DNA of 64,000 nt from Takakia lepidozioides (GCA_030704615.1 CM060731.1:44454001-44518000), one strand, 5' to 3'; positions 36,151-49,129 are shown, numbered from the stretch's first letter. Translations and numbers: made by a program. The notes: a model not told the origin generated them from the sequence alone.

Positions 36151-39100
36151 CCGGATAGTGCCACACAATCGGTGTGGTATCCAATGGTGACAACTGAGAT
36201 GGTCTTGGTGCAATCCCCGCACTCTCCATCCTCTACCCAGGCTTGTTGCACCCGTCGATCAGCAACCCGCTGCAAATCCTTGCTCGTGCCCCATAGTGGG
36301 GGTGTGAACAATCATGGCAGACAACTCCGCCGTGCCATGCATGTCATCATGCTCTGCTGGAGGTGGCACATCCTCTCCATGGGCATTGCCCTCCAACAGC
36401 TCTCCAAGCCTACTCACTACAGCTGTGAATGCTGCTAGTGTCGGCATCTTGCCCCGTTGGGCAACCGCAACTCCCCCAATGAATGTCACAGGGAGCTGCA
36501 TATGCCGGCCCTCCCTTGACTGCCATCCAAGCCTATAAGAGGCTGTCTCCTCCAAAAATCCAGGGTGAAGCCCATGGGGTACAACACTGCCCCACCAACT
36601 AGGACATCGTAAGAGACCGCGTTTGTCACAATGGCCTTGCCTCTCATCACTGAACCATCTGTAGGATGATCTGGCTGTAGTCTGATTGCCAACTCACGCC
36701 GTGTCATGCCCCGAGCCTGCTCCGATCCTCCCAGAGATGTCTGTATCTGGAAAAGACAAGGTTCCATGTCCGCCTCCGTGAGACCCAAGCCTGCAATAGC
36801 AGCTCTGCCCAGCATCAGTAGCTAAGGTCCCGAGTTCAACAAGACTCGCAGTGGCCGGTATCTCTTGCCTGCCGGTCCACTCAAACAGAAGATACTATCA
36901 TGATTGACTAACATGACAACTCCAAGTGTCACCATGGTGTGCTCAATGGCTGGCCTAGCTGGCAGCTCCGCCAACCTGGCAGCTGCAGCTTGCCATGGCG
37001 CCGTCGTGGCAGTCTCGACCCTCAAAACCGAGGATCCCTCCGGCACTACACCTCCCACTATCTCCGCAGAAGATGAAGTAACCTCCTTACTCTCACATAA
37101 TGTAGCTGCCAGTCTAAACACTGCAGCTGGTCACTGCTGGGGGTGGCCACATCTGTGTGTCAGGCTCTATTGTTCTCGGCTACCATGATTGCAACGCCGG
37201 GGGTGGCTGCTGTAGCCTTGGCAGCAGGTAGTGGTGCTGCCTGTGTGGCTCTCCCCAATGGCACAATAACCTCCGCCTCAGTAGCAGTCGAGCAAGAACT
37301 AGGTGCCATGGATGGCATCGACACTGTCTCTGCCAATGTTAATGATTGAGACAACCTAGCCTGACGGCTTGCCTCCTCACGCTGTGGATCCAACTCCACC
37401 TCCGCACCTCGTGGCTCAGGAACTCGTGCTGCTCCTCGAGTCACGGCTGCAGCAGACTCCACCTGCACTAGTGGTAGTGTTGACCCGCATATGAATCCTA
37501 TGCCTCCCATATCTCCTCCCTCAGGAGTAGGAGGTGGACCCTCAGGCCTTGGAGCTGGTACCACCTGAGCTGTGGCCATGGCAGCAAGCCGCTGCTCTAG
37601 CTGCTGAAGCCGGTTGGCCATGCCTTGGTCAACACCCTGACCTCCTTGTCCCTGACTATGCTGAGCTTGCCCTTGGCCTGTACCTTGTGCCTGATCACCT
37701 CGCCCTCTCTGAGCTGCTCCACCTCGCCCCCAGCCACCATTGTTCCGTTGGAATTGGCTTGGCCGCAGCTCAGGGTGCAAGTCATAACATTGGGCCTCTC
37801 CATGCCCATACTTGCCACAATGCCCACACTGCAACTGTGCAGGCTGTGCCTGGGCTAACCCTTTGCCGTTCTCTGGGCAATCCTTCTTGACATGGGGTCC
37901 TCCACATGTCCAACACACCACCTCCGCCTGTTGTTGGCCTACATTAAATGAAGGGAGAGACCCCGACATCTGAGGTCCTCTCTGTCCTTCCCTGGGCTTC
38001 ACATGAGCCCCATTGTTGCCTTGAGCACGTTAGGGTAGTGGTTGGCTAGGAGCACCACTACCCCGTGGTGTCTCCTTAGCAAATCCCACCATAACCATTC
38101 GTTCCTCCACCATGTTGAGCTCTATCCGCTCTACCCGCAAAAACACATTTGCTAAGGTGGGTTGGGCCACTTGTAGGAGAGTTGCATCCCGCACCCTCTT
38201 CCTCAGCTCCTTGTCCAATATCCCATACCAGAATTGGATTGCCTGAGCTTCCGTAACCTCTTGGGTTACATTTATCAAGCGCCTCATGCGAGTGAAAGTC
38301 TCCCTCAAGCTCTCAGTAGGCTTTCGTTGGAACTCTTGCAAGCTCCTCAATTTTTCTGTCCTCACCCCTTGGTAGTTCCTTCTCAACTCTTCGAAGAACT
38401 CCACAATAGGGTTGAAGGTAGGCACGGGCACTGGTGCCGGTGCAGCAGTAGCTTGGGTGGACGTCCCAGCCTCTGTACCACTAGTCCCACTGTTGCTTGT
38501 AGAAGCTGTCGGTGCAGCTGCCGGTGTGGTTGCTGCCCTTGTCCCTCTAGTGCCTCTAGTGATGGAGACATAGTCGGGTGACCAGTACATCCTCCACTCC
38601 TCGATCTCATCATGGCCCCGCCTAAACTCATGGTAATCATCCATGGGCAGCCCCTCAAGGTGCTGAAACAGCCCCTTCCATGCCATAAAAGGCGTAAACA
38701 GTTGTGGATTGCGCATTTGCTGCAAGTCACACCAACTATCAAACTCTTGAATGAAATCATCCAACTCCATGGTGCCCACCGCCCCAGAGTACCTTCGTGG
38801 CCCTTGGTAGCTCCATACATCTCCTCCATTGTGTCCCACAATAGTGGCAATGAAACAACTTGTACCGCCGGTGTGAGTCCTCCTGATTCACAATCCGAAT
38901 CAGAACCTTCCGTAGAAAACACAGGAGGTGAAGGTGGCCTAAACTGCACACCTCGTCTCGTGTACCTGCTAGTATCGCTAGTGCTCATACAGGCACTTTT
39001 CCCAGCAATTAGTGGCACCTCCGTGTTGACCAACTGACACTCAACCGGTCATGAAAATGTCCCTAACCCCTTCTCCACAAGGTAACCGGGTAGAGAACCT

Positions 39101-39689
39101 GATGCGGTTTATGGTTTGGAATACTAGGTTCCTAACATAGCCTGCACCTGCACCTGCATCCACCGCAGACACTCCCATGGTTGGCTAGTCATCACCTCCA
39201 ATCTCACCACATGAGAACAATGATGGTCTGACTGGTCATCAACCTAGCCTCACCATTGACATCACGTTCTAGGACTGGCCGGTGATCAAATCGAGACCAA
39301 TCACCTATAAAAACAAGCGCCCACACAAAACTAACGTGGCGCACAGTCAAGCATGAAGGTGTGGAGGGGATCCAAACACAAGAAATCAGAATGACAACTC
39401 CCCCACACCAAAAACAACTCTACGGTGTCGCTCCTGCAAGGATACCCTAGCCCAAACCCGGACTGATTCTTGCCTCCACCTACGGAAATGTCTTGGCCTA
39501 ATGAGAGGGTGGAACACTACAAGGAAGAGAAGTTAAAGCAATGCCTAACCCCAACATGCCCTCATCCCAACACTTTTTCCTCTCCTCTCTTTCCTTACTT
39601 GCATGACCATGGGAATATCATGACGATACTTCTCAAACCGCCCTCCATGAGCTCCTGAAATTCGGCCTTCAAGACCACATGTTAGTCTT

Positions 39690-39985
39690 CAGGCAGTCCA
39701 CCAGTGCCTCCACGGGTCAGCACATGCCATCCACAGGTCAACACGGGCCACCACAGCCAGCACAGGCCCACACAGATCACATGTCAAGCCGTCACAGCCC
39801 CACACATGCCACATGTCACAGCCCATCACAGGTCACAGTTGTCACAGCCCGACAGGCCACAGCCGTCACAACCCGTCACAGCCCCGCAGATCACAGCCAT
39901 CACAGCCCCACACAGGCCACATGTCACAGCCCATCACAGCCCCACAGGCCACATGCCACAACCCGTCACAGCCCCATCCATGGCC
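39690..39985. repeat. Short tandem repeat array (GTCACAGCCC/CACAGGCCAC) in the leader of the Gypsy element
   Basis: More than 10 copies of tcacagccc-type units. Confidence 0.8.
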
Positions 39986-41264
39986 GCTCATGGCAGTTTA
40001 ACCATTTCTCCAAGGGGTTTAGCCACGCTAAGCTAGGGTTTGTGTCTCTTGAACCTTGAGCTCTCTTGCAACGAGCTATGGTATCTGTGAAGAAATCTGC
40101 AATGTCTTCTTACTCTTTTCAGATCCCACACACCACCAACATAAGCTCTAAGTCATGAGGAAGATGCTTGCCACAAACCAAGCTCTCTTTCTCACTTAGA
40201 CCCCCAAAACCCGCCACTCAACTCAATGGCAAACAACCGAGCCTTGCTGGTTTCCAGCCTTTGTGAGCACTTATTCATGCGTTCTCCTTGGCCATAGCTC
40301 CCAACTCAACATAGCCACAAATGCACTGGCTTGCATACAAGGAAAACTAGCCCTCTCTCTTCACTCCTACCTCCTCATGAGCTTGAAGTTGGAGCTCTCA
40401 ATAGCTGCAACTTAAATCAACACCTTCGCAGCTCCACACTCACCACACTTGGTTGGCATAGCATTGAGTTATACAACAACGCTCTTCAGCATAGACTGCC
40501 CACCTCTATATCCATTGCAAACCTGAAACCTGTTCGTCTTCGCACCGTATCCGCTTTGGATAGGCTCATGCACTGATCCCTACACTCTAAGAAAACACAC
40601 AAGAGCTAACAACTAACTCGTATCTAGCACTCACAGATACGAGCTCATCTTTCTCGAGTGATAAAGAAGAAGAATACAAGCACAAGCTCATGCGAGCTCA
40701 CAAAGCTGAAGCATAAACTCATGCACAAGTCAAGCCAAGTGCACCCCACGCCATGGGAAATCCACACTAAGACGCCATAGCTAGGCTTGGTGAGGCTCAA
40801 CTCGAGAAAGATAAGCCTCCCGCGCTTGTCGTGAAGATAACCACTCCAAGGTTTAAATCTGCCTTGACCCCTGGATTGACACTTGGGCCAATCCTAAATG
40901 TCAATATAAAAAAGCTAGCTATTTCCTAGCTAGTTTCACACTAGTGGTGAAATAACTTGACAGAATCTTCACACCATATAGCATTTCTATCAAATGCCAC
41001 AATAGATGATGTGGTGGTCGGATATGTTTTTGAGATGTAAACGTTCCACATATCATTTGTCTCTGTACGTAACAAGTATGTAAGAACACATTTGTCATCC
41101 TTAGGAATGGTATTGTATACTACATGGATCTCTATGTTGTTTGGTAGTCCCAGCTTCCTGACTAACTCAACTGCACCAAGGGATCTTTTAGTAACTATAC
41201 ATTTCACTACTATGTGATCTACATTTTTCTGAAGAGATCTCAGAGACAAAGCGTAAGAGACAAC

Positions 41265-41740
41265 ATTTCAGAAATCACTTATATTGTTAATCTTATTAAA
41301 GCAATCGTTCATGTTGCTTCCTCCTTCCCACTACAAATCCTATAGACAAAGTCTGTTCCCATACACACATTTTGGGGAATGACATAGCAGATGAGATGGC
41401 CCAACTTTGCTTCATTCAGCCAACTACCAATCCCACTAATGACCCTATTTTCTTAGCACATACATATCTATTCTGGCTCATCTCAACTAATGCAAGATTC
41501 CTTGCTATATATCGCACCCATACGTGACATTTACACATTATATGTTGCAAGGGAAACCAAAGATTGCATCCAATGATCCCACACCTACACAAATTCCACG
41601 TGGGTATCTTCCTCGTACCTAATGCATGCCCTATCCAACCACTTCTGGACTTTTCCTATGGTTTCAAATGCCCAAATCAGACGTACACTATGATTTAGAT
41701 ATGGTATGTTGTGCCCAGCCCCCACAAATTGATACCTGAC
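41265..41740 (+). mobile_element. Second fragment of the RNase H-LINE family (homologous to ~23480-23900)
   Basis: 'KVCSHTHILGNDIADEMAQL', 'HTYLFWLIST' and 'AQIRRTL*FRYG'. Confidence 0.7.
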
Positions 41741-42383
41741 CTTTCAAGTATGAGCTTCGAACAGAACACAGATTGGGAATTGTCAAAATTCCAGCCACCA
41801 CCACACGTCGAAGGCACCACTGCCTACACACAAGATCCCATTTATATTGCAGCATGACATGAGGCTAGGCAATACTTCACCTTGTTCCAATTCACTGGCA
41901 ACCACCTCTTAATAGCTACAGAAAACCATGCCCTCATTATTGTTTATGAGAAGTAGTCAGCAACACTTTGACATGTTGATAGACGTTCCAACCAGCTGGT
42001 ACTCTCGAATCAGATGATACGAGATGTCAATGTGCCTTGTTCCAGCGCAGCTACAGCGTGAGCCTAGCCCTGTGAGCCTGTGATCTAGGCTCACACTTCA
42101 CCCACAAAGCGTGAACCCAAGCTCACGCTTCCCCACCAGAGCGTAAGCGCATGGTGACATTGCAAATAAAGAGGACATATACTCGAGGTTGGATGGAAGA
42201 AGACCTAATACCGCGGGAAATTAGATATTTGTCTAACCGACAGAAAGGTTGTGGACTGGGAGACTCTTATTTTTTCCACTATCAATGCATACAAATATAA
42301 ACAAAACACAACACTGCAGAAGGTAATGCTACCATGATCGTAAACGATCTGGTTACCAATACCTGCATATACAGTTCGCCTAT

Positions 42384-42417
<34 letters not shown>

Positions 42418-42429
42418 CCTTCTATACCC

Positions 42430-42850
42430 GGCCTTAGTTGCATGAGGCTAAATCCACGATCATTCATGATCGAGCCAAATGGACTTTATATAAATATAAA
42501 TATAAATAAATAAATAAATAAATATATAGACACACACACACACACACACACAACCTTTTGGCCTTAGCTGCATGAGGCCAAATCCACGAGCGTTAACGAT
42601 CGAGACAACTAGATGTATATAAGGCCAAAATGTTTGTACAAAATAGGTTTTTTAATGTATATAAGGCAAAATAAATAAATAAATTATTCTTAGCTGTATG
42701 AGGCCATCCATGATCGTTAACGATCAAGGCAAATGGACGTGTATAAGGCAAAAATAAAAACAAATATATATATATACATATATATAAAATTCTTAGCTGT
42801 ATGAGGCCATCCACGATCGTTAATGATCAAGGTAACTGAATGTATATAAG
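42430..42850. repeat. Four ~60-bp repeats separated by microsatellites
   Basis: 'cttag(c/t)tg(c/t)atgagg..a.(a)tccacgatcgttaacgatc' at ~42430, 42560, 42690 and 42790. Confidence 0.7.
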
Positions 42851-43116
42851 ACAAAAACCCAAACAAATTTTTATTTATTTATTTAGGATGCTAGCTAGTG
42901 CCAAGTTTTCGATTCTCAGCAAGACAGAAGGCCACGTCGACAGGTTGTGGCTAAACCCTAAGATATTTTAGCCAAAAGGTCACAATTGTTTTTAGCCAAA
43001 TAACCATATTATTAATAGTTGAATTATTGAAGGGAGATCCCAAAGGTCCCATACGGCCTAAACGGTCAACCGTGACCGAGAAGATAAACCCTAATGGATT
43101 TTTTTCGTTTTTATTG

Positions 43117-43620
43117 TAAGGATCCCTTAGAGCTAATCTAAGGATTTGTTAGATCGGAAAAATAGAAAAAAAGGCTAAATTGCTATTTACGTTTGTTCTA
43201 AGAATCCCTTAGAGCCGCTCTAAGGATTTCTTAGAGCGGGAAAACAGAAAAAACTAAATTGCTATTTGTATTTGCTCTAAGAATCCCCTTTAGAGCCACT
43301 CTAAGGATTTCTTTTTCATTGTTGTTCTAAGGATCCCTTAGAGCTAATCTAGGATTTGTTAGATTGGGAGATAGAAAAGAAGGTAAATTGCTATTTACGT
43401 TAGTTCTAAGGATCCCAGAGCCGCTCTAAGGATTTCTTAGAGCGGAAAAACAGAAAAATCTAAATTGCTATTTGTATTCGCTCTAAGAATCCTTTAGAGC
43501 CGCTCTAAGGATCTGTTATAGCAGAAAAACAGAAAAAAACTAAATTTTGTTATTCATATTCAATAGAAAAAGATAAATTGCTATTTACATCTGCTCTATT
43601 GATCCCTTAGAGCGGCTTAG
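43117..43620. repeat. ~80-bp tandem array with an internal palindrome
   Basis: About 7 units containing ccttagagc-c-gctctaagg and taaattgctattt. Confidence 0.8.
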
Positions 43621-44029
43621 AATTCTTGTTGCACCATTGGAGTGTATTGGTATATCGGATTACAACATAGTATTATATATATCTCTTTTTTACTTTATCT
43701 TATTTTTATTTTTATTTTGGGTGAATAAACCCTAAACCCTGAATTTATTTTATTGAGTTTATTTTGGGGAAAAAAAAAAATTAAAACCCCTGGTTACGCC
43801 GTGAGGCACACACACCGTAGTCAGTGAAAGACGAACATGCCTCCTGAAAGGAAATGAGAGAAAAATCTCTAGGGTCAAGAACCCCTATGTCTATAGTCAG
43901 TGAAAGATTATGTGGCGTCCTGAAAGGAGATGGTAGAAACCTAGGATTGAGAACCCTATCTTAGGCACCTGTCCTACATCATTTTTTTCACCTTTGCAGT
44001 ATCATCCCACCGAAAACGACATATGCTAA

Positions 44030-45825
44030 TGAATTACAGTATTTTGGGGAATTATGTACCTCTAAAATGAAATGTTGCTCAAAAATGTGGAATAATAAAT
44101 TTTAATAATTATCTACAAAATTTCAAGAAAATTAAAAACATCCGAGTTGTACCATATCACCCATATAGCAAATATATATCTAAAACCTTATATACGAAAT
44201 ATTGAAGAAAATACATGGAATGTGTGTAATAAATGTTTTAAAAATAAAAATAGAATATTAAATGTTGTATATTTTCTACCTCTTATATTAAAAAAATACT
44301 AAAACCTCATCCTTTACATGTACAATTATTAACTGTGATATATATATATGTTTGAATCTTAAAAAGAAATATAATGAATATGGGTTGGGCGAAGTACCTA
44401 GAACAAAGATCAATTTTAGACAATGTTATAATCGTTTGGAATCATGAAGAAGATACATGTACTAATCGAGAGTATATCAATAACCAAATATCAACTATAT
44501 TAGCTCAAAATTTGTTAACAAATTCAATCATTAAATATTTTATGACATTATCTGAATTACTGAATCATACATCTTGGTGTGTGTGTACTTCCTGATCAAT
44601 GTATACAAGGGATAGTTGAAAAATTTGTATCGCAAGGGCCATTACGAACATATGTAAACTGTCCTAATTTACAATCTATGTCAATTTGAGATGATGTAAC
44701 ACTTGTTTCGGATACAATTCAATATAATCAAAATCAACTTTATAATGTTGAAAATATACAGGTAAGAAATGATGTAATAAATAGACCATTTTTAATTTAG
44801 CATCACAAAATATGCATCCAGATATAGATAAAAATAATTTGACTTTTAAAAATATATATATATATATATATATTTCCACATGAAAAAGGATATTACACAA
44901 ATTTTAAGGATGGTTTAGATGGATGTTAGTGTCAAAAAAATATGTGGCATTCCATATCTTTCAGCCATTGTAAGGAAATCTTTTAAATTTTTTTTATGAT
45001 ATTGAGGAGAGCCAGGAATAGATGATGGAATCTTATACTCAATAATATGTTTCATAACTGTATGATATGTTGCATTTGGATTTCTTTTGCTATATAACTT
45101 TATATCTTTTTTCTAGCAGATATTTTTTACTTGTTTCGCAATTAAATGACATTGTCGTATTTGATACGAACATAGGGTTTATATAAAGTGAAGGGTGTAA
45201 ATAAAGTATTACATCTCATTTTTAAGTATCCATCTAAACCATCCTTAAAATTTGTGTAATATCCTTTTTCACGTGGAAATAAATAAATAAATAATACATT
45301 TCCAGTTATATCTTTACTATGTAATATGGAATGCCCATCCAAACAGACAAAGAATTATAAATACTGATTAGTTGTTATATATCTTAAAATACACAATGAA
45401 AGCTGAAACTACCGAAAAACCAAATTTAAGTGCTAATGATGCTATGAAATTAGGACTTAGAGTAATCGAAATACAGTTAAAAGTTATTTCTTCTTATGTT
45501 CTTAGTAAGCCAATATCCATAACAAAAGCAGCAATTACATTATCTAATATAATTCAAAGAAGTGAAGTTGTTTATTACATCAATAGTGCATATGTACAAC
45601 ATCGAACACGATTTATTCAAAATCTAACAGCTTATCTCTTCATCTTATAGACTCATATTTGATGAGACCAGAAAACCTTTTACATCTTTGTAATCTACAA
45701 ATTTTCCATAGTATGCAATATGAAACATTGACATATGATCAAAATATTGTTTGGGAGACAATTAAATCTTCTAAAAATGGTATACATATTATTGAAGGGT
45801 CTCTAGGAAGTGGTAAATCACTCCC
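44030..45825 (+). mobile_element. Degenerate Helitron Rep/helicase with an internal inversion
   Basis: Rep-like 'YLFPREKGYY..YLKMRCNTLFTPFTLYKPY' (inverted, 45142-45342). 'YILKYTMKAE..SKPISITKAA' (45372-45650). Walker A 'IIEGSLGSGKS' (~45790-45820). AT-rich. Confidence 0.7.
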
Positions 45826-46639
45826 TGGAGTTTGCAAAGTAGCTGTTCCAAAGCTTCGTCACATCTGTATTTTGGCCTTTTGGATATTTGCCTGATGACA
45901 AAAACACTGAGATCTGCCAAAGATCCAACAGGTAGACAAACAGGGACAAACTTGCAGTTATTCAGTGACTCGTCTAATAGAGGATGAAACAGGGCTAAAA
46001 TGTTCAAGACCAAGGAAAACACCAAATCCTGATGAAGGAACCAATACAAGTCCATTAGCATCCAGTAATCCTCGTAACTGTGACTGCGATAAAATCTGTG
46101 AAAAAAGACAACCATGCCAAAATGCTTGCATGTGATTAATCAACGGTTAACGAAAGGGCACCGTAGGAACCAATCCTACAATCATTACTTGATTCATCTC
46201 ATAGATGTGTGTTGTGATACTTACCCATAGCTACTTCCAACTTCTCCAAATGACAAGGAGATTTCTTGTAGGTATTGATCGACATTGCTTCGTTGGTACT
46301 CTTCTGTGCTTGAAATTTGGTCCTCTAGGATAGGTCTGCATGACACACAATCTCTGCCGCTTCAGCTATCCCTGCCTCCCTGACAAAAATACAGAAAGCA
46401 TTCACCTCGCAGCAAGTGTCTGACAATGACTCGGAATCGAAAACCTCGACATGTTTTTCCGGAAAAAGTCGGAAGGGACTGTGCCTTTGGAACGTGTATT
46501 ATTATGGAGAAATAGAAGTCATAAGTTATGTGGGAGGTATGTTTCTCTCTTAGGAAACACATGAAACATATGTCCGCTTTGTTTACCTTCTCCATGGTCA
46601 CCTTCCTATGAGTCCTTCACAAGAGTTTTTTTAAGATGT

Positions 46640-48092
46640 TTATTAGTTAGTGATGTGCCGGGTGGTGTATTTGTATGGAGGGATAGATTGGTGCGATGAG
46701 TCATGAGTTCCGCTCACAAGATGTTCTGACGTCCTGTGAGTCTTTGATATACTCTCGATATATCTTCAACATAGTGAATGCCACAACCTGCTTTCGTCTC
46801 TTTCAGGGAGCCATCTCTATATATGCATTGCTGAGGTGGGAGTTTCGGAAGGGAGAGGTGTGAAGTCTGGAAATGAATTGTTATTATAATTATATTTCTG
46901 TGATCGCGCCTAAAAGGGTCTTGGGGTTGCCAACTTCCACGCTTTGTCCATGTTGATTTGTAGATCTGTAGATAAGGGGTGGATGAATGGATAGGAAAGT
47001 GCACCGTGGTTGCAGACCCAAACAAATGTCTTGGCAGGTGATCCAATTGCCCAAGAAAGTTGGGCGTTATTTGTGGGGTGTCGGAGTGGCGGATATAGAT
47101 AAGTTTAGTTAGTGATGGTTCTTTATATTCATATAGTCTGGAAGTGACACAAGGAAGTCGTAGACTAATGATTGGGGATCAAATGTGGCCAATGTGTACA
47201 TCCTAGGTGGGTTTGCTAATAGTTGGTGTGGTTGATGTTTCGGAGGAATAATATGATGAATGATTATGGGGATGGAGGGGCAACCATGCGGGCTCGATGG
47301 CTCGCTTCACTAATAGTCGTGTGACTTGGGGGGTGAGCAAAGCCTCGACCTTGCCATTGGTGGGACCTGGTTAAGCCCAATGAGCCAAAGTATTGATCTG
47401 TTGGTAGGCTGGAGTAGCTTGAGAGACCAAGTGAGCATGTAAGGGGTCAGAGTAGTACGAATGGGTGAGTTTAAGCTCCATAGTAAGGAAATCTAGTAGG
47501 GGTGCAAGAAATGTCGAGTGAGAGTGCGCCAAAGAGAGTTTGTTTGTTGTTTTGGGGTATTTTGGTGGCAGGTCATGCGCATAGCGTTGGAGAAGTCTAC
47601 ATACATGAAGTGCAAAAATGAAGGGGTGTGGTGGTGTTCGTGGTATACCGTAGTAGCAGCCATTGGGCCATATATGAACTTATGCGGGTGTAGATATGTG
47701 GTGATTTGAAGGATCTTTATCACGATTGCTCTCAGCTAAGGAGATGTATAAGTATGGTACAATGCTTGTTGGATTGATGAAACGTCTATCCAACCAACGA
47801 TTGTGCTTCCACGTAGTGCTGTGTATGGACATGTGATAAGTAAGATTGTGTTGGTTTGGGGGTGATAGTATGCTACGATTCTGATGTTATGTTGTATAGT
47901 AATATGAGGTATACTAGCGAGGTTCTCACCGTGCTCCCACTTGTGGTTTCTGGGAGGATCTTGTTTCCATTTGCAGCAGAACATAGTAACTATACCCAAT
48001 GAAAACTTAAAGATCTTTTCATCTGTAGGGTTATTATGGTGGCAGATATGGCCATTCATGTGATGGGGTGGCCTTTGATGTGTGCTCAGCAA
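46640..48092 (-). mobile_element. Third fragment of the RNase H-LINE family (MTase-like domain + RNase H N-terminus)
   Basis: 47250-47490 aligns by eye with 22760-23030 (ELKLTHSYYSDP..DQYFGSLG..QWQGRGFAHPP). RNase H N-terminus 'IYRDGSLKETKAGCGI..GRQNIL*AELM'. Confidence 0.75.
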
Positions 48093-49129
48093 AGAGGAAG
48101 AACAGTAGGCGGTGGGATTTGGCCATCCAAGTCATCTAAATCCGGTGCTAATTTAAGAGTTTACTTCTGAAACGCAAAAGGATAGGCTTTGCAAATTGCA
48201 CGATTCCAACTATTTTCGAATGACTGGCTTCCTCCCTCTCTCTCAAATCTGCCAGTGCTGGCCATAAACGTGTCTGCTATGCAATCGGGAAAGGGTTCCC
48301 CATCTCACTCTTCACCTTGCTTCAACTTCTTGTGCGGTTCGTACCAGCCGAGCAGTTGCCCAAGGCGCTTGCGCAATGATTTATCTGGCGCAGCTGTGTA
48401 TCCTTCGGTACTCTGGTTTAAGCTTTGAAGTTGACCGGTTATGTTTTGGCAGACATAATCATGTGTGCCCAGCCGTAGCTTCGACTCTTTTAAGGAACAC
48501 TGTTGAGAATCTGAGGGCTGCCAAACAAAGTGAAGTGAGAAGCACTGGATTAAGATTTGGCCCGCCGAACCTCAAAGAAACAACAGAGATTGAGCTAATT
48601 TCTGTAGGAACAGAACAGTCCATGTTGTGATTGGATTGAGTGGGCTGCTTTTGTGACCCAATTAAGCAACATACTGAATAGTTCAGCTAGGCTCGATCGA
48701 AGTACAGAAGAGGGATCACATCTGAGTCCCAAAGTAGATTGTGCACTATGCAGTTCATCACAATATGCAATCAGTTCTTTTATAAGGATGAACAATGTTG
48801 GGTGCTACAGTTTTGGAATCTACCATCAGTAAGCAAAAGATTAAAGTACTTAAGCACATATTCGACGCGGGGACTGCAATGATGTCCGTTCTCATGCTCA
48901 GGAGTTAGCTACTGTGTCATACAGAATAGCCCTGGGCAGTTATTTACCGAGGGTTTTATGTGAGTCTGGAACGAGACATTTTACCTTTGCTTTGACATCG
49001 TTGACAGCCTTTGCAATCACAAACACTTTTGGTAATTTGCTACACACAATTTCCCAAAATAAATAAATTAGATAGCTGTACCTGAGTAGCCAGCTTGGCA
49101 TGCAATAGTGATCTACCTTATCAGGTTGC

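Larger units (their letters stand above)
30722..39033 (-). mobile_element. Degenerate Ty3/Gypsy retrotransposon: gag - CCHC x2 - protease - C5 DNA methyltransferase - RT - (partial RNase H) - integrase
   Basis: Gag 38030-38839. Zinc knuckles CWTCGGPHVKKDC and CGHCGKYGHGEAQC (37160-38002). Protease LLNSGP*LLMLG...YDVLVG (36486-37121). DNMT motifs 35210-36150. RT RMCGDYRPVN, LDLRSGYHQ, PFGLKNAP, YIDDIIIFS (33197-34900). Integrase ELGHFG, WSLDFAGP, VEHFSKWIE, GLAERVVQTVK (30722-31740). LTRs were not confidently located. Confidence 0.9.

Noticed and set aside
39679-40059. His/Ser/Pro/Thr-rich ORFs in three frames
   Set aside because: These are an artefact of a stop-free tandem repeat.
42430-43620. 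Palindromic repeats with spacers as a CRISPR array
   Set aside because: The context is eukaryotic, the spacers are homologous to each other or are microsatellites, and there are no cas genes.
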